64,000 nucleotides of DNA from an uncultured Prevotella sp. (GTDB taxonomy: Bacteria > Bacteroidota > Bacteroidia > Bacteroidales > Bacteroidaceae): NCBI GenBank assembly GCA_964411005.1, contig CAYPJA010000008.1, forward strand, positions 12,924-76,923, read 5' to 3'. The translations under genes and the position numbers were made by a program. Positions 19,131 through 26,943 of the stretch are shown piece after piece. The notes beneath the pieces are model-generated. The model was given only the letters and a program-made list of their open reading frames with translations, was not told the origin of the DNA and did not search any database. Within the stretch, counting starts at the first letter, position 1; each line of letters opens with the position of its first letter.

Positions 19131-20063
19131 TTACTGCAAGAGCGTCTTCACCTCGTCGATGGTCTTGCTGATGAAGCTGCCCGTGGCCGAGTCGGTGTTT
19201 TGCCTGATTTGGTCCTTGACGATGTCGCTCACGCCGTCTACGATTTTCTGCGCGCCCTGTCGGCTCTGCAAGCTGAGGTCGTCGGTGTCGGCATTGAGAC
19301 CGTCTGACGCGTCGGTGTCGGCATCGGCGTTGCTTTTGTCCGGCTTCTGCTTGAAGATGGGCGAATGCTTGTCGAGGAAGAGTGTCAGTGTCTCCTCATC
19401 GACCGTATAGACATGGCCGAACACGCCCCATGAGGTGGTCGTGGCTTTGCCCTTAAAGGTGACGGTGGTTCGTGAGAAGAACAGGTAGTTGTGATATTCC
19501 AAAATCTCATCGAGTATGGGGCCGGCAATTTGGTTGGCGATGAGGTCGCCGAGCATGTCGAGTCCCGACGCGAAGAAGTCGTCGTCAGCGGTGCTGTCGT
19601 TGCCGTTGCCGGACGATGGCGTCAGTGCCTGCTGGAGTTGCTGCTGGATGGTGGCTCGGTGGTCGTTGCGGCTCGGATTGGTGACGGCCAACGCCAGCAG
19701 CAGGGCCACGACTACGTCTATGACGACCCAAAGGGCCGTGAGTTGTTTGGCTGACAGTTGTCGAGTGGAACTTTCAGCAGTCGCGCCGCCGGTCTCCGGC
19801 GGCACGGAATCGGCTTCCACAGGCTCGCTCGCCCCCTGTGATGGTGCAGATTGTCCCTTCCTTGATGGGGGTGGGGGAGGGACGGAGCCGGGAGTGGTGG
19901 CGAAAAGGAACCTTCTGAGTTCCTCCACTTCCCATGCCGGTCTCCAGTCGGTCATGCCTTCTGCCCAGACAAGGGTCTCCTGTCTGATGCCTCGGTCTTT
20001 CAGTTCATAGATGGAAAAAGGCCCTTGTTGCTGATTTTTGCCGTCCAGTATGAAATATTTCAT
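19131..20063 (-). CDS. GYF_2 (DUF4339) domain membrane protein
   Basis: YF......QQGPFS..EL....I..ETLVWAEGM.DW, Pro-rich linker, TM helix, then TNPS domain. Confidence 0.8.
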   Translation of the reverse strand: MKYFILDGKNQQQGPFSIYELKDRGIRQETLVWAEGMTDWRPAWEVEELRRFLFATTPGSVPPPPPSRKGQSAPSQGASEPVEADSVPPETGGATAESSTRQLSAKQLTALWVVIDVVVALLLALAVTNPSRNDHRATIQQQLQQALTPSSGNGNDSTADDDFFASGLDMLGDLIANQIAGPILDEILEYHNYLFFSRTTVTFKGKATTTSWGVFGHVYTVDEETLTLFLDKHSPIFKQKPDKSNADADTDASDGLNADTDDLSLQSRQGAQKIVDGVSDIVKDQIRQNTDSATGSFISKTIDEVKTLLQ

Positions 20064-20198
20064 CGTTTTTGTTTTTAATGTCAATCATAAATAATGCTAC
20101 AAAGGTATACAGAATCGGGTTTTTATAACATATATCACCTATATTATGCACTTCTGTTTGTTTTTTTTAACATTGTGACTTGTGCTCCTTTCGCTCGC

Positions 20199-20399
20199 TC
20201 AGTCATCCTCCTCCAGCAGGAAAAGGTCGTTTACCGGCTTGCCGAAGACCTTCGACAGCTTGAGTGCAAGCAGGGTGGATGGCGTGTAGCGGCAGGTCTC
20301 TATGGCGTTGATGGTCTGCCGGCTCACGCCGATAGCCTCGGCGAGTTGTTGCTGGGTGAGGCCGTGTATGGCGCGTTCCACGCGGATAGTGTTTTTCAT
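20199..20399 (-). CDS. XRE-family HTH transcriptional regulator
   Basis: MKN.IR..R...LTQQQLAEAIGVSRQTINAIE...Y.PS..LALKL. Confidence 0.92.
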   Translation of the reverse strand: MKNTIRVERAIHGLTQQQLAEAIGVSRQTINAIETCRYTPSTLLALKLSKVFGKPVNDLFLLEEDD

Positions 20400-20866
20400 T
20401 GGTCGTCCTCCCCGTCATGTCGTGACTCGTGGCGCATACGTCTCAACTCCCAGTGGAAGCGCAGAATGAAGAGCACGAAGATGAACAAGCCCTGATAGAT
20501 GAAGATGAACATTGCGTTCCAACCGTAGACCAGCAGCGCGAGGGCCACGAAGAACACCGTGTTGACGGTGAACGACCACATCAGAGCGCGCAGGCGTAGC
20601 AGCAGAGTCAGCTCGTCCTCCTCGCGCAGGGCCGACATGGCGATGAAGTAGAGTCCCAGATAGGCTGACACCATAGCTATCTCGTCGCTCCACGAGTCGT
20701 TGGTGGTCACAAACTTGCCGCCGTCGGGAATCAAGGTGAGCACTTGGCATGTGCCCCAATTGGGCAGCAGGCCGTTCCAATCGAGCACGTTGATCATGAT
20801 GGCTACAGCCAGCAGCACCCAGCCGATGGCCACGAAGCGGTGTGGCAAGAGAAAATATTTTTTCAT
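20396..20866 (-). CDS. Hypothetical 4-TM membrane protein coupled to the XRE gene
   Basis: Hydrophobic helices, REEDE..LRL.A motif, ATGA overlap with the regulator. Confidence 0.75.
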   Translation of the reverse strand: MKKYFLLPHRFVAIGWVLLAVAIMINVLDWNGLLPNWGTCQVLTLIPDGGKFVTTNDSWSDEIAMVSAYLGLYFIAMSALREEDELTLLLRLRALMWSFTVNTVFFVALALLVYGWNAMFIFIYQGLFIFVLFILRFHWELRRMRHESRHDGEDDQ

Positions 20867-21108
20867 AATCGGTTGTCTTTGGAGGATTCGAAGATTCTAT
20901 TTTATAATTGCAAAAGTAAAGTATGTTTTCCATAAAATCAAGTGTAGTAGACAAAAAGTTACGTTTGCTTAACATTGTTTATCACTTAATGTGTTTCGGT
21001 AAAGGCACCGGGAAGCTGCGGAGAATGATATTTCGGGCCGGAAAAGAGTTGGACTTTCGTTGAAAATTGCTATCTTTGCGTCATCAACCTACAAAACGAC
21101 ACCACCTT

Positions 21109-22926
21109 ATGAGACGTTTACTCGCTCTGCTCGCGCTTGCGCTGTGCCTGACCGCCACGGCGCGCCGTCCGCACTCTGTGCGCACCCTGCCGCTCGACTC
21201 CATCCAGTTGAGCGACCCGTTCATCCTTGCCGACTCGGCCACCCGCACCTACTACATGACTGGCACGGGCGGCCGGTTGTGGAAGAGCCGTGACCTGAAG
21301 ATGTGGACGGGGCCGTTCGACGTGACCGACATCGACCCCACGTCGTGGATGGGGCCGCATCCCGAGATATGGGCCGCCGAGATTCATCCCTACCGGGGCA
21401 AGTACTATTATTTCGCGACGTTCACCAACAAGGCCGTGAAGATTGATACCGTGCGCGGCAATGTCATCGACCGGCGGGCCTCGCAGGTGCTCGTGAGCGA
21501 CAGACCCGACGGCCCTTATCGCCTCTTCGGCGACAAGACGTATCTGCCGGCCGACTGTCCCACCCTCGATGGCACCTTCTGGGCCGACACCGACGGGCAG
21601 CCCTACATGGTCTACTGCGGCGAGTGGCTGCAAAACTGGAATGGAACCATGGAGAAAATACGCCTCAAGCCCGACCTCAGCGGTACGGTGGGCGAGCCGC
21701 GCGTGCTCTTCCGTGCCTCCGACTCGCCGTGGAGCCGCGAGCGCGATGGCGACAGCATCCTATATAATAAGGTGACAGACGGCCCCTATCTCTTCCGCAC
21801 CGGCACCGGCCGACTGGGCATGATATGGACCTCCTGGGTCTATAATGTCTACACCATGGGCGTGGCCTATTCGGAGAGCGGCACCCTCGACGGTCCGTGG
21901 ATACAGGAGCCGTGGCCGCTGACGCCACCCAACTACGGTCATGGCATGCTCTTCCGCGACTTCGACGGCCGCCTGTTGCTGAGTCTGCACAGCCACTATG
22001 AGGAGCACGGCCGCTACATTCGCCGCCCGTGTCTCTTCCGTTGCGACCTCAGCGGCGACCGCCTGCGCATTCTCGGACCGCTGGACGACGACAGTCGGGC
22101 CTATGCCGTCGACACCGTCATCACGCAATATCCGGGCTATCGGCTGGTGTTCGACGACGAGTTTGACCGCGACGGCCGTCCTGCCGACCACTGGAGCTAC
22201 GAGCACGGCTTCGTGCGCAACAGGGAACTGCAATGGTATCAGCCCGATAACGCCACCGTCAGCGACGGGCGGCTCGTCATCGAAGGTCGCCGGGAGCGCG
22301 TCAAGAACGACCGCTACGATGCCTCTTCCGACGACTGGACCCGCAACCGCCCCTATGCCGAATACACCTCGTCGTGTCTGACCACACGGCATAGCTTCCA
22401 GTTCCGCTACGGTCGCGTGGAGGTGCGCGCACGCATACCCGCCATGCAGGGTGCCTGGCCTGCCATCTGGCTGCTTGGCAATCAGCGGCCGTGGCCCGAG
22501 AACGGCGAGATAGACATCATGGAATATTACATCAAGTATGGCAAACCGTCGATTTTCGCCAACGCCTGCTGGGCCGGCAACAACCGGATCCGGCAGATGT
22601 GGAACTCGCAGGTGGTGCCCTTCCACTTCTTCGAGACGCGCGACGCCCGTTGGGCTGACAAATATCACGTGTGGCGCATGGACTGGGACGAGCGGTTCAT
22701 CCGGATCTATCTCGACGGCGAGCTGCTCAACGAGATAGACCTGCGACAGACCGCCAACGCTCCCGGCAGCCGCGTGGGCAATGCCTTCAGCAACGACTTG
22801 CCGGGATTCGGCGACTATCTGCTGCTCAATCTCGCCATCGGCAGCAACGGCGGCGAGCCCGTCGAGAAGTTCTTCCCGATGCGGTATGAGGTCGACTATG
22901 TGAGGGTGTATCAGAAGGCGCAGTGA
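21109..22926 (+). CDS. GH43-GH16 bifunctional glycoside hydrolase
   Basis: N-half has SDPFI, WAAEI, TLDG, TDGP and GHG (GH43). C-half has WPAIW and GEIDIME (GH16). Signal peptide. Confidence 0.88.
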   Translation: MRRLLALLALALCLTATARRPHSVRTLPLDSIQLSDPFILADSATRTYYMTGTGGRLWKSRDLKMWTGPFDVTDIDPTSWMGPHPEIWAAEIHPYRGKYYYFATFTNKAVKIDTVRGNVIDRRASQVLVSDRPDGPYRLFGDKTYLPADCPTLDGTFWADTDGQPYMVYCGEWLQNWNGTMEKIRLKPDLSGTVGEPRVLFRASDSPWSRERDGDSILYNKVTDGPYLFRTGTGRLGMIWTSWVYNVYTMGVAYSESGTLDGPWIQEPWPLTPPNYGHGMLFRDFDGRLLLSLHSHYEEHGRYIRRPCLFRCDLSGDRLRILGPLDDDSRAYAVDTVITQYPGYRLVFDDEFDRDGRPADHWSYEHGFVRNRELQWYQPDNATVSDGRLVIEGRRERVKNDRYDASSDDWTRNRPYAEYTSSCLTTRHSFQFRYGRVEVRARIPAMQGAWPAIWLLGNQRPWPENGEIDIMEYYIKYGKPSIFANACWAGNNRIRQMWNSQVVPFHFFETRDARWADKYHVWRMDWDERFIRIYLDGELLNEIDLRQTANAPGSRVGNAFSNDLPGFGDYLLLNLAIGSNGGEPVEKFFPMRYEVDYVRVYQKAQ

Positions 22927-22986
22927 GGGACGTGCCCTCCGGGGACGTCCGAATGAATCTACAGACATAAAACAAGAGGAAAAGAA

Positions 22987-23166
22987 ATGAGTAATACCGA
23001 AATTGACGATTACCGTCAGAAAGTGTTTGCGGCCATGATGAGCCGCGAGGGAGCCGACGAACAGGAGATGAAGGAGACGCTCGACCTGTTCACCGACGAG
23101 GATTTGGCTTTTGGCATGCCGTTCAACACGCCTGAGGAAACGGCCCAGATGATCCTCGACGAGTGA
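22987..23166 (+). CDS. 59-aa acidic hypothetical protein MSNTEIDDYRQKVFAAMMSREGADEQEMKETLDLFTDEDLAFGMPFNTPEETAQMILDE
   Basis: Below the ORF-track cut-off. A-rich upstream context and host-like GC-ending codons. Confidence 0.65.
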   Translation: MSNTEIDDYRQKVFAAMMSREGADEQEMKETLDLFTDEDLAFGMPFNTPEETAQMILDE

Positions 23167-23196
23167 GTTGGGAGTGTACATGTTTTTGATAGTCTA

Positions 23197-23430
23197 TTTG
23201 CGGAAGTCGCGCCAAATGGCTATCTTTGCAAGGCAGGAGAAGTGGAGACGCTTCTCCTGCCTTGTTTTTAGGTGGATGAAAGTGTCGTGAAATGAGTGCT
23301 GAGCAGGGCTTTTTCGGTTAGCAAAAGGTGGCTTCTTGCGTTGCAAACAGCCGTCTCCGACGTTGCAAACAACCGTCTCTTGCAGTCTCGAATACCGCTG
23401 TTTGCAAGCAGAAAGGGCAGCTTTCGGCTT
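23197..23430 (+). repeat. Dispersed intergenic element copy 2
   Basis: TTTG-N20-TATCTTTG promoter, AGGCAGGAGAAG...CTTCTCCTGCCT hairpin + T run, then 22-bp-period units GCAAAAGGTGGC.., GCAAACAGCCGTC.., GCAAACAACCGTC.. Confidence 0.65.
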
Positions 23431-23583
23431 TTTCGGTCAAGTGTCTGCGGTGTCCTTGTCTTGCTTTTTAAGTGTTTTCCTGTCGTTGCCTTTTTTTACA
23501 TCAAGCCGGGTCCGCAGCCAGATGGTCACATGTCGAGGCCATAAGATTTTCCTAATCCGACTTTTTTGCTTATCTTTGTGCCT

Positions 23584-24309
23584 ATGAAGAAGAAGTTATT
23601 GTTGATGGCGTCGCTGCTTCTGCTGTGTCTCGGCACCTTCGCACAGGCGAGGAAACAGGAGTTGCTGCGGCTGCAAGGCTGGCAGGCGGGAAGCGTGGTC
23701 AGCGTGGAGGCCGTGAGCGATTACGGCATAGACCGTTGTTTCTGTGCCATGAAGATTCCCGACGAGGTGTTCAGACGGATGATCGGAAAGTCGTTTCCCG
23801 AAGGCTGTACCGTAGACAGGGACGGTCTGCGCTATGTACGGGTGCTTCATTATGACCTGAAGGGAAACGTGCGCCTCGGCGAGATGGTGTGTGACCGGTC
23901 GATAGCGGCAGACCTGGTAGACATCTTCCGCACGCTCTACGAGCATCGGTATCCCATCGGCAGCATCCGGCTCATCGACGACTTTCAGGCCGACGATGAG
24001 CTGTCGATGCGTGCCAACAACACCAGTGCGTTCTGCTATCGCCGCATCAAGGGGCAGAAGCGGTTGTCGATGCACGCGCTGGGGCGCGCCATCGACCTCA
24101 ACCCGCTCTACAATCCCTGTGTGAGGCAGTCGCGGTCGGGCAAGACCACGGTGCAGCCGGCTACGGCTACGAGGTATGTGGACAGGAAAACTCATTTCCC
24201 TTGCAGGATAGACAAGGACGATTTGGCCTATCGGCTGTTCGTCCGGCATGGCTTTCGGTGGGGTGGGGCATGGCGAAGCGTCAAGGACTATCAGCACTTT
24301 GAGAAATGA
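23584..24309 (+). CDS. M15-family metallopeptidase (peptidoglycan carboxypeptidase-like)
   Basis: S.HALGRAIDLNP and WGG.W....DYQHFE motifs. Signal peptide. Confidence 0.88.
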   Translation: MKKKLLLMASLLLLCLGTFAQARKQELLRLQGWQAGSVVSVEAVSDYGIDRCFCAMKIPDEVFRRMIGKSFPEGCTVDRDGLRYVRVLHYDLKGNVRLGEMVCDRSIAADLVDIFRTLYEHRYPIGSIRLIDDFQADDELSMRANNTSAFCYRRIKGQKRLSMHALGRAIDLNPLYNPCVRQSRSGKTTVQPATATRYVDRKTHFPCRIDKDDLAYRLFVRHGFRWGGAWRSVKDYQHFEK

Positions 24310-24338
24310 GATGCTTTCCCGGACGTGGATTCCGAACC

Positions 24339-25463
24339 TTATTTGTCACTCTTTCTCCTGTTGCATTCGGCGCACAGCATTTGACAGTTCTCTATCACCG
24401 TGCGTCCGCCTTTGGCCCACGGCGTGATGTGGTCGGCTTCCATGAACTCATAGTCGAACGTTTTTCCGCAGTGTTCGCAGCGGTGCCCTTGTCTCTCGTA
24501 GACGGCGAGCTTGATGTCCTCAGGAAAGGTTCGTAAGTCCAGTTTTTGCTCATCGCCCGTCAGCACGTAGGGAATGATGCCCTGAGGGCGCTGTATCTCG
24601 CCATCGCGCAACAGTGCCGAGATGCGTTTGCTTAGGGTCGCAGAGTCAAGAGTTTCCTTGCCGAAGTCGTCATAATAGGAAGCCCAGTCAAGTCCCTTCA
24701 TGATTTGCCCGAATTTAGTTTGGTCGAAGTTGGTAGTCGCCCAGTTGACGACATTCTGGAAATAGGACCACAGATTGTTGGCATTAGGGTCATGCTGATG
24801 ACTGGCCATATAGCCTACTGCAGTCTGGGGATGTCCTTCCCGCGTCTCATGGTCGGCCATCCATTGTAAGGCCTGTTTGAGAAAGTCTTGTCGGATGGTT
24901 TTGCCATTGACCAGATTTTTTGCCAAACGCCAAGCTCCACAATTGCTTTTCGAGAAGTGGCGTTTGGCGTCTGTGACGAAGGGGCCGGCATAGATTGCAT
25001 TGTTGATTTCCTGCTCGTTGAGCGGCTTGCCCGCTATGTTGATGGTCTTAAACCATTCCAATTTTTCAGATGCCTCACCCTCGCAGACGTAGATGGTGAG
25101 CGGATAGTTGAGGATGCGTTGTTGAATGTCAGCAGGCTGGTTGAAGAAGTTTTTAAAATCGTGGCTGAACTTGCCGGCCACATACTCGCAGAGCGACAGG
25201 GTGCGCTGTTGTCCGTCCATCACCTCATAGGGGCAGTTGGCGTCTGCACTGCGCTTCACCCAATACATCACATTGAGCGGATAGCCGTGAAGCACGGTTG
25301 TGATGACGGCCTGTTGTTCCTTGTCGTCATAGATAAACTCGCGCTGATAGGCGGGTCGGATGTCCAAGCGGCCATCGTAGCCACGGACACCTTGCTCGTC
25401 ATTGTTTGTGTAACCCTTGGTTATCTCGCCAACGGTCACTTCCATTTGTTTGATTGTCATCAT
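24339..25463 (-). CDS. DUF262 (GmrSD-like) + HNH endonuclease
   Basis: RP.YQREF, DGQQR, F..IN motifs. C-terminal CEHC...DHITPW..GG.T...NCQMLCAECN. Confidence 0.88.
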   Translation of the reverse strand: MMTIKQMEVTVGEITKGYTNNDEQGVRGYDGRLDIRPAYQREFIYDDKEQQAVITTVLHGYPLNVMYWVKRSADANCPYEVMDGQQRTLSLCEYVAGKFSHDFKNFFNQPADIQQRILNYPLTIYVCEGEASEKLEWFKTINIAGKPLNEQEINNAIYAGPFVTDAKRHFSKSNCGAWRLAKNLVNGKTIRQDFLKQALQWMADHETREGHPQTAVGYMASHQHDPNANNLWSYFQNVVNWATTNFDQTKFGQIMKGLDWASYYDDFGKETLDSATLSKRISALLRDGEIQRPQGIIPYVLTGDEQKLDLRTFPEDIKLAVYERQGHRCEHCGKTFDYEFMEADHITPWAKGGRTVIENCQMLCAECNRRKSDK

Positions 25464-25469
25464 AATTTT

Positions 25470-26507
25470 TTATAAGTATTGAGGTTGTTTGTTACGAATG
25501 AGTATTCTTGCGTATTTCTTTTTCCCGTTTATATAGGGATAGCCAAAATTATATTTCGTTACGTGGGTCGTTGCCATAATGCCAATAATCTCGAACTGCT
25601 CAGGATTATACTTGTCGAGGAAAGTAATGGGGACGCCCATCACCCCTGTATAGTCACAGGGAATGTCGGTGGTTTTCCCCACATTGATGGCATCATAGTT
25701 GTCATACTTCGGATATTCTTCAGGAGAATAATGACAGACAAGGTCAAGAGTTTCATGGCGTTTCTTGTGGTCAAGGTTTGTGAACCAACAAATGTTGCCC
25801 ATGCTTCTCCATTTCTGTCCAAAAGCGTCTGTCCAAAAGCGTGTTTTCCGAGGCTTAAAATAATCAGGAACCTTAAAGGCCATATCGCCAGACTTATATC
25901 CAAGCCAAATCTTGTTTTCTTTTAATAAAGGAAATATCTCTTTATATGAGATGGCATTTTGATTTCCCAGTATCAAGAATTTTTTATTGTATTTCATCAA
26001 CAGTGCTATATATTCCCGTAGGAGGGAAAAAGGCGGATTGGTTACAACTATATCTGCTTTCTTCAGCAGTTGGATGCATTCTTCCGACCGAAAATCTCCC
26101 GATGACAAGGTTGTCAAAGCATTTTTATCGTTTTGCAGCAGATAACGCACGTCAGATAGGTCAACGGCTCCGTCGCCGTTGAGATCTTTCACTTCGGTTA
26201 TTTCTACTTTGTAAGCTACTTTCTTGGGCCGGTCTTCATAATCGTCAAAATGAATCATTAGTTCTTTCCCTTGTATGGGCGAACCATTATAGCAAGTACA
26301 GATAAGTCGTTTTAATCTCAGTTGGTTGAAACGCAAGGCGAAATACTTGAAGAAGTTGCTTTCATAGGGATCGTCACAATTGCAGAGCACGGTTTTGCCG
26401 TGAAAGTACGGCAAATAGTGTTGTAGTTCTCGCTCAATGTCGGTGAGTTGTGTGTAGAACTCGTCTTCTTTGGCTATTTTAGCCACATCGAGATTTCTTT
26501 TTGTCAT
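25470..26507 (-). CDS. Adenine-specific DNA methyltransferase, EcoRI family
   Basis: DEFYT, CNCDDP, GDFRS.EC, VVTNPPFS, YDNYDAI and GVPITFL motifs. Visibly more AT-rich than the flanks. Confidence 0.9.
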   Translation of the reverse strand: MTKRNLDVAKIAKEDEFYTQLTDIERELQHYLPYFHGKTVLCNCDDPYESNFFKYFALRFNQLRLKRLICTCYNGSPIQGKELMIHFDDYEDRPKKVAYKVEITEVKDLNGDGAVDLSDVRYLLQNDKNALTTLSSGDFRSEECIQLLKKADIVVTNPPFSLLREYIALLMKYNKKFLILGNQNAISYKEIFPLLKENKIWLGYKSGDMAFKVPDYFKPRKTRFWTDAFGQKWRSMGNICWFTNLDHKKRHETLDLVCHYSPEEYPKYDNYDAINVGKTTDIPCDYTGVMGVPITFLDKYNPEQFEIIGIMATTHVTKYNFGYPYINGKKKYARILIRNKQPQYL

Positions 26508-26840
26508 GAAGCAATTGATAGTCTAAGGCATGGCTATCAATCCGCTGAAACGCAAAAAGAGCGTGATGGCACTCTTATCGCGTTTAGCACGGGGCGGCCT
26601 CGGATGGAGCCCCGGAATCTCACTAAGAATGCATCACGCTCGTTGCGTGAGCATCGCTTTTTGAGATTTCAGAGGCTACTATACGAAGCCACCTGTCACA
26701 TATTATTTCCGTGCTTGTTATTCCAAATAGAGTTTCCGAGGCTCTTGGCTAAACGCGAAATAATAGCGAATGCTTGTTGTTTTCTAATATGTCTTTTGGA
26801 ATGGGGCTCTCTAAAGGGCCGACATTCACGCACAAAGTTA
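26508..26840 (-). ncRNA. Structured leader with a putative C4/CI-like antisense RNA module (26559-26641) and two target sets
   Basis: TAACTTTG -7 element at 26840-26833, plus multiple long complementary segments (see findings). Confidence 0.6.
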
Positions 26841-26943
26841 GGCAAAAGTTTTCATCCTGCCAAATTTTCTGTGCGGTTCTTGTTCCTTCTTTTTTTACAT
26901 GAACTGCAGATGGGCTTCCCTCGGTGAAGGGGAATCGGTAGGC

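Noticed and set aside
23321-23430. Possible mini-CRISPR or guide array near the HNH nuclease
   Set aside because: Units are degenerate 22-bp periods without repeat-spacer structure. The same element occurs next to unrelated genes, and the M15 gene separates it from the nuclease.
26448-26927. 159-aa + strand ORF as a controller protein
   Set aside because: No HTH, starts at TTG, and is antisense to the MTase start and the structured leader.
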